Source: Candidatus Levyibacteriota bacterium | GTDB lineage: Bacteria > Patescibacteriota > Microgenomatia > Levybacterales > UBA12049 | Assembly: GCA_003173895.1 (NCBI GenBank) | Contig: PJMG01000006.1 | Location: 2,820-66,819 of the forward strand | DNA length: 64,000 nt | Direction: 5' to 3' | Shown: positions 47,793 through 57,706 of the stretch, in pieces | Numbering within the stretch: position 1 is the stretch's first letter | How the letters are laid out: every line of letters starts with the position of its first letter | Translations under genes and position numbers: made by a program | The notes under the pieces: model-generated | Databases searched by the model: none | What the model was told of the DNA's origin: nothing | Seen by the model: the letters and a program-made list of their open reading frames with translations, nothing else

Positions 47793-49010
47793 ATGCATGA
47801 TCTAAGAACAGCTGCTTTTATCGCTTATAAATCGATTCTAAAAGGAAATAAATCTACATTTATACTTTTAATTTTTATCCTTTCACTATCTTTCTTAAAT
47901 ATGATGTTTATCTCAGGAATTCTAAATGGTTTAGAAAATTTATTTTATCGAACCATTATTAATACTTACGCTTCAGACGTTGCTGTAAATCCGCAGGAAA
48001 AACCTGAATTAAAACAATTTATTTTAAATCAAAATGAAGTTCAAGCCGAAATCCAAAGTATTCCTGGAGTTATAGCTACTACTCGTCGTTATTCTCTAGC
48101 TGGATCCATTTCATTTGATAAAGATAAAAATGGACAGTTTAAAAATGTTTCTGGTGCGATTATAGGTATAGATCCTACTCAAGAGCAGAAAGTTTTAACC
48201 TTAAATAATTTAATAATTTCTGGACATTATTTATCTGATACTGATTCTGATCAAATTTTACTTAGCTCAGCATTAGCAGGAGGATATGGAATTCCAGCTC
48301 CGAGTGATTTAGGTGGAGCTAGAGTCGGAGATAAAGTGCAGATTACCTATTCTAATGGTGTAATGAAAACATATACTATTAAAGGAATTTATAATGATGC
48401 TATAGGTATATTTGAGACATTTATTACCGCTCGAGAAGCAGAATCAGTTCTAAATGTTTATAACAGTGCCTCACAAATTTTGGTAAAAACAGATATAGAT
48501 CATACCCCTATTACTACATATCAAAAGAGAATCCAGCAGCTTCAATCTAATTTAAAAATTCAAACTTATTTAGATTTACTTGGTTCATTTAAATCATTTT
48601 TAGATGCACTTAATTTAATTTCAGTCATCGTTAGTGCTATTAGTGTGTTAGTCGCTGCGATTACTATTTTCGTCATTATTTACGTAAATGCGATTAATAA
48701 ACGTAAACAAATCGGAATTTTAAAAGCTATTGGCATCAGACAAACTATCATCATTTGGTCATATATTTTCCAATCACTTTTTTATGCGCTTTTTGGTGTG
48801 ATTATAGGTTCCTTTATCGTTTTTCTTATAATAACTCCACTTCTGAATAAATATCCTATTAATGTAGAATTTGGCTATCTTTATTTAGTTCATAATCCAA
48901 TAACCATTATAGGTGGTATTATTAGTATGTTTTTAGCCGGATTACTAGCAGGATATTTACCAGCTAGAATTGTCGCTCGCCAAAATATAATTAAAGCTAT
49001 TTGGGGCTAA
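47793..49010 (+). CDS. ABC transporter permease, FtsX/MacB-like
   Basis: N-terminal TM, large periplasmic domain, three C-terminal TM helices (FtsX fold). Confidence 0.75.
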   Translation: MHDLRTAAFIAYKSILKGNKSTFILLIFILSLSFLNMMFISGILNGLENLFYRTIINTYASDVAVNPQEKPELKQFILNQNEVQAEIQSIPGVIATTRRYSLAGSISFDKDKNGQFKNVSGAIIGIDPTQEQKVLTLNNLIISGHYLSDTDSDQILLSSALAGGYGIPAPSDLGGARVGDKVQITYSNGVMKTYTIKGIYNDAIGIFETFITAREAESVLNVYNSASQILVKTDIDHTPITTYQKRIQQLQSNLKIQTYLDLLGSFKSFLDALNLISVIVSAISVLVAAITIFVIIYVNAINKRKQIGILKAIGIRQTIIIWSYIFQSLFYALFGVIIGSFIVFLIITPLLNKYPINVEFGYLYLVHNPITIIGGIISMFLAGLLAGYLPARIVARQNIIKAIWG

Positions 49011-49011
49011 A

Positions 49012-49035
49012 GTCCTGAGCGCAGTCGAAGGAATC
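49012..49035. repeat. compact family A-like hairpin GTCCTGAGCGCAGTCGAAGGAATC between the permease stop and the ATPase start
   Basis: CTGAG..GAAGGA core as in 40683-40708. Confidence 0.5.
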
Positions 49036-49037
49036 TT

Positions 49038-49709
49038 ATGATTACTGTTAAAAATCTAAAAAAAACATATCCTGGGAAAGTTCCTACTCCTGCTTTAAAA
49101 GGACTTAGTTTTATCGTCCAGAGTGGAGAGTTTATTGCTTTAACCGGACGAAGTGGATCAGGCAAATCTACTCTACTTCATCAATTAGGCTTACTAGATA
49201 ATCCTACAGAAGGCAACATAATGATTGATCAAACTGACGTATTAGCACTTTCTGATACTAAAAAAACTTTTTATAGACTTACATCTTTAGGTTATGTTTT
49301 CCAGGAATATGCGTTAGTTGCTGAATTTACGGCGTTAGAAAATGTTTTACTGCCTGCTATGGCTTTAGGAAATCATAATGACCAAAAAGAAAGAGCTAAA
49401 GAACTTTTATCTCTAGTGGGCTTGGAAGAAAGATTAAATTATTATCCTAATGAACTTTCAGGTGGTCAACAGCAGCGTGTGGCTATAGCACGAGCGTTAA
49501 TCAATCATCCTAAAATTCTTTTTGCTGATGAACCAACTGCTAATTTAGATACAGCCTCTTCTAAAACAGTTCTGGACATTTTCTTAAAATTAAATAAAGA
49601 AGAAAAACTCACTATTATTATGGTCACTCATGAACCAGACTATGCTAAATTAGCTCAACGAAATATAGAGCTTCTAGATGGACTGATTATTAAGGATAAA
49701 AAGCAATAA
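49038..49709 (+). CDS. ABC transporter ATP-binding protein (MacB/LolD-like)
   Basis: Walker A GRSGSGKST, signature LSGGQQQRVAIARAL, Walker B ILFADEPT. Confidence 0.9.
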   Translation: MITVKNLKKTYPGKVPTPALKGLSFIVQSGEFIALTGRSGSGKSTLLHQLGLLDNPTEGNIMIDQTDVLALSDTKKTFYRLTSLGYVFQEYALVAEFTALENVLLPAMALGNHNDQKERAKELLSLVGLEERLNYYPNELSGGQQQRVAIARALINHPKILFADEPTANLDTASSKTVLDIFLKLNKEEKLTIIMVTHEPDYAKLAQRNIELLDGLIIKDKKQ

Positions 49710-49764
49710 ATTACCTCCTTTAAAATCTTGTAAACACCACTGTTGTCTGATATTATTCAACTTA

Positions 49765-50490
49765 ATGAATAAAACAGAAGCCTTAAGTTATCAATTGTAT
49801 CTGGAACTACCCTATGATCCTACCGGAGAAAGCTATAGATTAGATCAACCTCAAACTGATGGGAGCGAAAATTTAGAGGTAAGAGATCAAGCAGTAGAAT
49901 TCGCCATGATGGAAAAACTTTTAGAACAAACTGCTGATGAAAATGTGAATTGGAAAAATATACTAGCTTCTTTAGATAATGAAAATAGGACTAATCAGCC
50001 TAGTTTATTTAGTCCGGATATACTTACTGCTACACTTAATTTATCTACTTTTAACAAAGTTCAATTTTCTGAAAGTTTCGGCTATCAAGGAAAAAAGCAT
50101 AATTATTCTCGATATGGAAATATGAATACTATCCCAGCTGGAAAGCAAATTCTTAACATGTCACTTCAGCCTTTTTCTGAAGATGTAATTTTACTTCACA
50201 CTATAGTAGGTTTACCAGAAACTAAAGAAAAGAATACTACTTTTAGAAATATCGAATTTACTTATATTCGCTCGAAAAGTACTAACCAACCACTCTATGT
50301 TTCATTGAAAGAACGAAGATCACAAAAACCAGCAGCTTCGATAGAAGATGAACCAACTTTTAATTTCACATTTATATTTCATCCTGAAGAGAATCCTAAA
50401 AATACTTTTCTGGAAATGTCTATAAGTGGAACTCAGAGACCCACACCTTTTCATGGATCATTTTACAACACGAGAAAAAGACTTTCATAA
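49765..50490 (+). CDS. hypothetical protein (island)
   Basis: Intact ORF; no domain. Confidence 0.45.
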   Translation: MNKTEALSYQLYLELPYDPTGESYRLDQPQTDGSENLEVRDQAVEFAMMEKLLEQTADENVNWKNILASLDNENRTNQPSLFSPDILTATLNLSTFNKVQFSESFGYQGKKHNYSRYGNMNTIPAGKQILNMSLQPFSEDVILLHTIVGLPETKEKNTTFRNIEFTYIRSKSTNQPLYVSLKERRSQKPAASIEDEPTFNFTFIFHPEENPKNTFLEMSISGTQRPTPFHGSFYNTRKRLS

Positions 50491-50531
50491 TTGACAATTT
50501 TAAAATAGATGATTATCATGTTAATGATAAT

Positions 50532-51203
50532 ATGCCACGCAGCGAACTTATATGGCAAGAAGTTAAAGATCGTTTAAATCCTCGTATTATTCATACTAAA
50601 AATCCTGAACAATTTGCTCAAAAAATTGCTAAACATAGTTCTCGTAGAGAATTCATTCCCGAGCTAATAATTATAGAATCTAGTGTAAATCCTTTAACTG
50701 AAGGATTTCAAATGGAAACATATAGAGGCAATAAAACTATTCGCTACAGAGAAAATCCTCCACGTAGAAAAAAAGCTGAAGTAATTCCTCATAATTTATG
50801 TGAACCAACTAGACAAGCTAGTCAAGCTGCGAGAAGAGCTAGAGAAGAGAATTTATTACCGTCTATTTATCAAATAGCCACTTCTGCTAATGCTATAGCC
50901 AGTTTTTTAGATGAGACGGCGGGAGTAAGTAGTAATCTTGGATCTTGGGTAAGTGAAAATAGAATTGCTATTTTAAAAGCATTAAATACAGCTGTTAAAA
51001 GAGAAGATTCTGTTAGAGCAGCTATTAAAAATGAGTTTATTAAAAAAGGTGATCCTGAACCAGGAATTATGGTTCATTATTCACCAGGTTTTGGAGATTT
51101 AATAACACGCCGTATACATGGAGACAGAGAACAAGTATTACAAGTGCTTAATAAAAGCAACAATCCAGCAGCTATAGCTCCCTGGCCATCTAGTGGTAAA
51201 TAG
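50532..51203 (+). CDS. hypothetical protein (island)
   Basis: Intact ORF; no domain. Confidence 0.45.
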   Translation: MPRSELIWQEVKDRLNPRIIHTKNPEQFAQKIAKHSSRREFIPELIIIESSVNPLTEGFQMETYRGNKTIRYRENPPRRKKAEVIPHNLCEPTRQASQAARRAREENLLPSIYQIATSANAIASFLDETAGVSSNLGSWVSENRIAILKALNTAVKREDSVRAAIKNEFIKKGDPEPGIMVHYSPGFGDLITRRIHGDREQVLQVLNKSNNPAAIAPWPSSGK

Positions 51204-51211
51204 TAAGAAAA

Positions 51212-51964
51212 TTAAATAGGATCTTTACTCAATGCTTGTACTGCTAACGGATATAATTGTTTATAGATTTTGGCTCCCGCTTTTGCACCTTTTGCTATAA
51301 AAGGCCCTATGTGATATGACATAATCGTAGGAAGTATATCACCTTCAGCCAACCCATCTAGAGAAGCTAAAATAGTTTCTAAAGAGATTTGGAGTAATTG
51401 GTCTCCGGTAGGATCTTGAAGAAGTGAACTTCTGGCTAATTTTCTCTCGTTAAGTAATGTAGTTTTATTTGCCGCATCTTCTAGTAATCCTAATCGTGTT
51501 CGCCTGCGAAAACTTTCGGGAGATTTGGCTGTTTTTAGTTTTGCTTGTTCACTACCTAATAAAATACCATGAAGGACATTTTCTAAACCATATGAAAAGT
51601 CATACCAAAAAATAAAACCTATCTGAGAATTATCTTTATTAAATTGATTGGATATAGATTCCATGGGTAAGGAGATATTTTCTAGTATTGCCTCAGCAGT
51701 CAATTGAGGGGCTGTAGGTAGTATAGTCTTATACAATAAGCTTTTTTCTTTAAAATAACGTATTATTTTATTCTTATTTCTATAAATAGAATGAGTTATC
51801 TCTTGTATTAATGGCTCTCCCATTTCCTGTGTAAAATCCTGTATAGTAGATAAATTAGGATCTATTAATTGCCCTAAAGATGAACGTTCAGCAACTATGT
51901 CGCTTCTTTCACTCGTTGTAAGAGGAGACCAGAGATCTCCTAGACCGAATAGTTTTTCTGCCAT
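51212..51964 (-). CDS. hypothetical protein (island)
   Basis: Intact ORF; no domain. Confidence 0.45.
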   Translation of the reverse strand: MAEKLFGLGDLWSPLTTSERSDIVAERSSLGQLIDPNLSTIQDFTQEMGEPLIQEITHSIYRNKNKIIRYFKEKSLLYKTILPTAPQLTAEAILENISLPMESISNQFNKDNSQIGFIFWYDFSYGLENVLHGILLGSEQAKLKTAKSPESFRRRTRLGLLEDAANKTTLLNERKLARSSLLQDPTGDQLLQISLETILASLDGLAEGDILPTIMSYHIGPFIAKGAKAGAKIYKQLYPLAVQALSKDPI

Positions 51965-52032
51965 AACCTGAGATCACTTTAGCATATATTCTAGAATTGT
52001 CAATCTTAATTGGAGCTTACAGCCAGGCAAAT

Positions 52033-53664
52033 CTAATCTTTTGGAGGATCTAATCTTCTAGTAATATCATTAATTAGTCTTTCTACTACATATTCAGGAA
52101 CTCTGTCTTCTTCTGCTAAAGTTTGACAGTGACCCCATACTGTTAAATCAACTCCATCTATAAGTCCAGATAAATGTTCATTCTCATGGAAAGCTGTTGG
52201 TTGATTTACATTGTAATCATATTCTTCTCTTAATCTTTTAGCTAATTCTTGAACTTGCTTACTACTTAGATTAACTCCAATACTTGCTGCTCTTAATAAA
52301 GATACAAATTGTTGTACTTCTTTAGAATATCTTTGATCAGTTAAAAAAACTTTTAATCTTTGTGTATTTTGTGCTGAATAAGCAGTATTTTCACCTTTAT
52401 TATTAAGACCATCTAATCTAGCTGGTTGAATATTTAAATTCATACCATCAATATAGTTTAAAGCTACTAAATATACTTTTTCTCGTATTCCGTGCCACCC
52501 TACTCTAAATCTCTCAGTTGAAGCTACAAAAACTCCTTTTTCAGGATCAATAGAATAATTTCCTGTTATTCCTCTAGATACCATTTCTCTAGCTGTACTC
52601 TGCAATTTTGTTTTAGTGTCTATATCCAATTGATCAAAAAGAGTCATATTACCATCGATTATCACAGGAATTCCTCTTTTTAAATGAGCAGCTGTAGTGG
52701 CTTTTCCGATATTTGCTATTTGAGAATCATCAAATGTACAAGTAGCATAGTCATCGATTCTTAAACGACCCTCAGTAATCATAGTATAAATATCAGCTGC
52801 AAGCATTGTATCTGTAACCGCTGGTGCCATAGGTGTATTAAGATTAACTACTCTATACACATCTGTTAAATTTTCAGGTACAGAAGGTGGAATTTTAGTC
52901 AGCTCTAGATATTGTTTACTTGTTCCAACTGATACAATTCGAGCTTTAAAAGGTAAACCTAAAGCATTAACCATTTTTACATAATCATTGTACATTCTAA
53001 TAAAATATTTTAGTCTATCTGAAGTACTTACTCCTCGTCCAGGATCTTCAAAAATAAGAATTTGTCCCCCTTCAGGCAAAACATTAGACATAGCATGGAA
53101 AGCTCTACTATATAAATCTAAAAATGTGGTTCCTGAGGAAACTAAAATAGGATCTGAACTATCCCTTTTATCCATATGTCTTAATATATTACGCAAAAGA
53201 AGTATATCAGGAGTTCCAGCACCTCTTTGTTCAGCTTCATGTCTTATGATATCACTATCTAGCATTTCTACTACACCTACTGTAGCTCGTGAAGAATGAT
53301 TATTAGGTTCTAGATAAGGATTGATTCCAAAAAATGTATCTCTATTAAAGAATGGCATACTTGCCAGCTTATCTAAATGAGCTCCTGTTCTACCACAACC
53401 TATATCCCAAACTGTTAAGTGTATATCAGTAGCACCTAATACATGTTTAAGATCAAAATCTTCAATATAATTCTCTGCAGTAGGAACAAATAATCTTTCT
53501 ATTGGACCACCAATTACACTAATTTCTATATCAGTAAGCCTGGTTAATAAACTTTGATAAGCCTCACTATCACTAAATGCAGCTAGTATCCTTTGTTGAG
53601 GAGTAGGTGTATTTTCGCCTGGATTAACAGGCATTTGGTTTGGATTATTTAGTAATTCTCCCAT
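52033..53664 (-). CDS. hypothetical protein with N-terminal class I SAM-methyltransferase-like motif (island)
   Basis: VWDIGCGRTGAHL resembles MTase motif I (DxGCGxG); the rest is not recognisable. Confidence 0.5.
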   Translation of the reverse strand: MGELLNNPNQMPVNPGENTPTPQQRILAAFSDSEAYQSLLTRLTDIEISVIGGPIERLFVPTAENYIEDFDLKHVLGATDIHLTVWDIGCGRTGAHLDKLASMPFFNRDTFFGINPYLEPNNHSSRATVGVVEMLDSDIIRHEAEQRGAGTPDILLLRNILRHMDKRDSSDPILVSSGTTFLDLYSRAFHAMSNVLPEGGQILIFEDPGRGVSTSDRLKYFIRMYNDYVKMVNALGLPFKARIVSVGTSKQYLELTKIPPSVPENLTDVYRVVNLNTPMAPAVTDTMLAADIYTMITEGRLRIDDYATCTFDDSQIANIGKATTAAHLKRGIPVIIDGNMTLFDQLDIDTKTKLQSTAREMVSRGITGNYSIDPEKGVFVASTERFRVGWHGIREKVYLVALNYIDGMNLNIQPARLDGLNNKGENTAYSAQNTQRLKVFLTDQRYSKEVQQFVSLLRAASIGVNLSSKQVQELAKRLREEYDYNVNQPTAFHENEHLSGLIDGVDLTVWGHCQTLAEEDRVPEYVVERLINDITRRLDPPKD

Positions 53665-53914
53665 AATATTTTGCCTTAAAGCCGTATGCGAATATTATCC
53701 TATATTACGACTAAATTAACCCATATTATATAATAATGTCTAAAAAATGTCAACACTATGCGACAGCTCTCTTATTCTAGAAAAGAGTGAATTTTCTAAT
53801 TTTTACAGTACAATATAGCACTGGTGGAAAGAAGTTTTTTACTTTAAAATTTGAGATTTTTATTTTTTTTAAACGGGTTGCGAAGTGGAAACTAATCTTA
53901 AAATATGTCCTATA

Positions 53915-54301
53915 TTATTGACCGGGCTCCTTTTCTAACGCCTCTACTATGAGTTGTCTTAACTCTTCTTTATCCAAAGTTCTTGAATAGTCCCCTATTT
54001 CAACTTTCCATGTAGTTTCATCTACTCTAGTTACACCTGTAGGTTCTGTAGGTAAATAACTCCATCCAGGATTTTCAGTAAATTCAGTAAATAATTTAGC
54101 TATTTCTGGATTAATGGCTAAACTTATAACTGTACTACCCACTTTAGCATCAAGTGCTTGCATTAAAAGACTTAAACTAATATTTTTACCCTCTCCAACT
54201 GGAATTAAAACAGGTCTTTGTGAATCTATTGAAATATCATTTAGCCAATCTGGTAACTTACCTGCCCTAATTAATGGGTGTTCATTTTCATTAGCTGACA
54301 T
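53915..54301 (-). CDS. hypothetical protein (island)
   Basis: ORF only. Confidence 0.4.
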   Translation of the reverse strand: MSANENEHPLIRAGKLPDWLNDISIDSQRPVLIPVGEGKNISLSLLMQALDAKVGSTVISLAINPEIAKLFTEFTENPGWSYLPTEPTGVTRVDETTWKVEIGDYSRTLDKEELRQLIVEALEKEPGQ

Positions 54302-54373
54302 ATGGATATTTTAGCAAAATTAAATTTTGTTTTCTATTAAAGTATATATTCTCAGTTAATTTTATTACTCGCG

Positions 54374-54898
54374 CTAAGATTCTAATTCAATAAGTCCTTT
54401 GTCGCTATCAATTTTAACCATATTTAAGAGAGTTGTTGCGTCTTCAAGTCTTTGTCTTGCTTTTTCTAATTCTGTTTCTGCTGATGTAACTCCTGTTTTA
54501 GCAGAATCCATTTCGTATTCAGCTTCTTTTACGACTGCTACAATATTTTCTCTTGCAAGACGCTTAAACAATTTATCGGCGTAGGGAAATTTTAATTCTA
54601 ATAATCTAGTGAGGAATAAAGTTTCTTCAACTGTTGCACGTCTATTTATTAATGGAGATAAATCAAACGAATTTCCTCCTTGAGCTTCTGATTGAATCAG
54701 AAAAACTCCTTTAATTTCGCCGTCTCCATATCTAGGAGACGCAAAAAGATTTAGATTCACTGGTTGTGATAAGTATGAAATACCTGGAATTTGATACGTA
54801 ACGTTAAATTGTTCAGCTCCAGGAGTTCCTAAAATGCGCAATTTTTCCGCTTCTGTTTGGAAATCTTGATTTGGTAGTGAATATTTTTCTATTGACAT
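54374..54898 (-). CDS. hypothetical protein (island)
   Basis: ORF only. Confidence 0.45.
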   Translation of the reverse strand: MSIEKYSLPNQDFQTEAEKLRILGTPGAEQFNVTYQIPGISYLSQPVNLNLFASPRYGDGEIKGVFLIQSEAQGGNSFDLSPLINRRATVEETLFLTRLLELKFPYADKLFKRLARENIVAVVKEAEYEMDSAKTGVTSAETELEKARQRLEDATTLLNMVKIDSDKGLIELES

Positions 54899-54995
54899 AA
54901 CTTATTGACTATACTATATCTTGTAATTGTATTCAAGTTCCTAGACATATTAATTAGTGTAACCATTAATAACTTCATTTCAATGATTTACTGAA

Positions 54996-55583
54996 TTACG
55001 AACCTTTGCTTAAAGCTAGGAGTACCAATGGCCCTGATGGCTCTTTGGTATTATCACTAGTTTCCCCTTTTGCGAACGTGCTATATACTTGACCTACCAT
55101 AGGTTGAGTATCTCCAGATGCTTGAATTAAACTTGGATCTTTAGAAATCATTTGTCCTACTACATTCATACCCCACCAACTATCATTTAAAGCCTCTTGT
55201 CCAGGCATTAATACTTGTTTTTGCACATCATATATTAAAGCATTAGAATTCCCATTTAGTGAATAAACGTTTACTATTAAATCTCTCTCATCTCTACCTG
55301 ACTGACGAGAGGTAATAGGATAATTTCTAGCTACTCTAATTTTTATACCCTGATTAACTAATTTCAGATTATGTAAATCAACCTCTTCTATTCTACCTAC
55401 TTCACCAGCCAGATTTTCTGGTGTGGGAATAAAATGACTATGATTTGCTTCTGAACAAGCTGTAAGCAGCATATCTGCTAACATGGGTAGTCCTAGAGTT
55501 ACTGCAGTACCCCATTTTAAAAATCCTCTTCTATCCATGGTTCTTTTAGGTGTAATTTGCTTTTCTGCTTCTGAATTTAACAT
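54996..55583 (-). CDS. predicted Tat-exported lipoprotein (island)
   Basis: TMDRRGFLKWGTAVTLGLPMLADMLLTAC carries the twin-arginine consensus RRxFLK, a hydrophobic core and an L-T-A-C lipobox. Confidence 0.55.
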   Translation of the reverse strand: MLNSEAEKQITPKRTMDRRGFLKWGTAVTLGLPMLADMLLTACSEANHSHFIPTPENLAGEVGRIEEVDLHNLKLVNQGIKIRVARNYPITSRQSGRDERDLIVNVYSLNGNSNALIYDVQKQVLMPGQEALNDSWWGMNVVGQMISKDPSLIQASGDTQPMVGQVYSTFAKGETSDNTKEPSGPLVLLALSKGS

Positions 55584-55586
55584 GCT

Positions 55587-56219
55587 TTATATTTCTCCTC
55601 TCTCTGCTCTTAATTGAGCCTGATCTCTATTAGCTATAACGTGATGTGTTATTATTTCTGGTTGATCAACATATCCTAATATTCCTCTATCTGCTACCAA
55701 ATCATATTTCTCTTTCACAGTGGAAAGTTTTGATAAGGCTACAGCTGCTGTTCTGGCAGAATCAATAATTATTTTTGCTACTGTTTCACCAGTACACCAT
55801 ACTTCATATTGTCTTTCTTTTCCTATTTTCTCTGGATGACTTGCTCCAAATCTAGTATGACGAATAAGATCATTATTGTTATAAGTGTGAACATTTTCTG
55901 TATTAAGATCCCCGTAGATGGCGTTAATAAGGAATTTAACAGAACTATTTATAGCTAATCCTATACCATCTTCTCCTGCAATAGTGAAGATTGCTACCAT
56001 TGCTGGTGTCCAAGTTGGATAATATTCTCCAAAGTCGTTAAAAAGATCATCAACTGCAGCTAATATTGCCTCACCATAATGTACTTCTCCTCCTTGAGAT
56101 AATAATTCTAAAAAGTGTTTTTCAATTCGTTGGTTTAGTGCAGTTACAGGTTTTTTTATAGTACCAAGCTCACTTTGATAGCTAACTTCCCCTTTAGCTA
56201 AATCAGCTAAATATCCCAT
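55587..56219 (-). CDS. hypothetical protein; probably the C-terminal part of a gene split by an in-frame TGA (island)
   Basis: Same frame as 56253..56531; the 33 nt between read through as NPEQAEYAEVA. Confidence 0.45.
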   Translation of the reverse strand: MGYLADLAKGEVSYQSELGTIKKPVTALNQRIEKHFLELLSQGGEVHYGEAILAAVDDLFNDFGEYYPTWTPAMVAIFTIAGEDGIGLAINSSVKFLINAIYGDLNTENVHTYNNNDLIRHTRFGASHPEKIGKERQYEVWCTGETVAKIIIDSARTAAVALSKLSTVKEKYDLVADRGILGYVDQPEIITHHVIANRDQAQLRAERGEI

Positions 56220-56252
56220 AGCTACTTCTGCATATTCAGCCTGCTCTGGATT

Positions 56253-56531
56253 TCAGGTCATTTCTACATGATAGTGAGGTGAATATTTTATAGGTAAATT
56301 TAGTTGATCAGTTTGAGCGGTAAGTTGAGGATGCATATCTCGGTAATACCCTCCTCTATATTCTGTACCATCTATTTTATTAAATATACTTACATCTTTA
56401 AAAATATCATTTACTTGAGAAAAGGTAGGATTACCTAATTTACCACGGAGAATTTCTTTTCGTCCACGAGGTCCCTGATTTGGTTCTACTGACATGCGCA
56501 ATATAATAACACCTATTATTTCAAAATGCAA
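56253..56531 (-). CDS. hypothetical protein; probably the N-terminal part of the split gene (island)
   Basis: Ends at TGA 56253-56255, in frame with the next ORF. Confidence 0.4.
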   Translation of the reverse strand: MHFEIIGVIILRMSVEPNQGPRGRKEILRGKLGNPTFSQVNDIFKDVSIFNKIDGTEYRGGYYRDMHPQLTAQTDQLNLPIKYSPHYHVEMT

Positions 56532-56642
56532 ATTATAGGATTAGGTTTATTTCACAGGATAAGTTTTAGCAAAGTTATACACCATTTTTTGTGAATGTTT
56601 ATCCCAATCTCCAGAAAAGGATGAGTGATTATGTTTAATTCG

Positions 56643-57515
56643 CTATTTTCTGATTGATCTAACCAGAGGATATCTTTCAGCGACTTGTGGAAGACTATAG
56701 GTTTTTGCTCGTAATGCTCTTATAAATTCTGGACCCCAAGGTGTTAATTCTCCAAGCCTAGTATCTTCATTATTTAAAACATTCTCTGAAAGAAATTTAG
56801 TTAAAAAAATAGTTACAATATATATAACTAAAGGATTACTAACTACATCAGGTAGAGAAACATCTAAGGGGCTTATGGGATGAAAGTCGAAAGGTAAACC
56901 TGTGACACGAGATACTGCGAGAGCTGTAAAAAGTAAAACTCCAGCTAAATCTCCTTTATTAATAGTTGTTAGATGTTTTATTCCAAGATCAGTTATTCCC
57001 TCAATTAAAGCCTGATTTATAACAGAAGCTCTGACAGCAGTATTTCTAAGAGTCTCATCTTTTTTATGAGTTTCATCATTTATTCTCTGTTGAACCAAAG
57101 TTATTACACCATTACCCCAACGAGCTCCATGAGGAATTCTTCTCTCATTCATTGCTTCTAACTCTGCTCTACTTATAGGTTTCTCACCTGTAGCAACTGC
57201 TTCACCTGTACCAGCATTTCCTGCTAATCCACTAATTTGTATGCCAAAATTATTTCTCTGTACATTTGTATCAACACCTATTGTAATTTTCCCTAAACCA
57301 AAAGATCGACAAGCAGTTGCCATACGATCAAAATCAATTACTATTTCCTCTGACATTTCTTTTGGAGCAATATTCGTTAACCCTTCAATTTCAAATGTAA
57401 TGGTTTTTTTACCTGGATCTGAAATTGTAATATTTCCTGCTTCAGTTAGTTCTCTTAATGTAAGGGTTCTTTGTTCTCTTAATGGGCCATTTTGTTCAGG
57501 TGAGGAATTAGACAT
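56643..57515 (-). CDS. hypothetical protein (island)
   Basis: Intact ORF; no domain. Confidence 0.45.
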   Translation of the reverse strand: MSNSSPEQNGPLREQRTLTLRELTEAGNITISDPGKKTITFEIEGLTNIAPKEMSEEIVIDFDRMATACRSFGLGKITIGVDTNVQRNNFGIQISGLAGNAGTGEAVATGEKPISRAELEAMNERRIPHGARWGNGVITLVQQRINDETHKKDETLRNTAVRASVINQALIEGITDLGIKHLTTINKGDLAGVLLFTALAVSRVTGLPFDFHPISPLDVSLPDVVSNPLVIYIVTIFLTKFLSENVLNNEDTRLGELTPWGPEFIRALRAKTYSLPQVAERYPLVRSIRK

Positions 57516-57706
57516 AGAGGAACTTTACCAAAAAATTTTGGACATGTCAATTATAGGACAGTTTCTCTAAAACATATAAGTGTTTTTTTAAATAAAACTC
57601 AGATAATTGCTCCAGGCCAAACGAGTCAGAAATATAACCTAAGTTACATAGTATTTATAATGCTGTAAAACAAGGTGATTTTAGTACTGCTTTAAAAGAA
57701 ATAATT

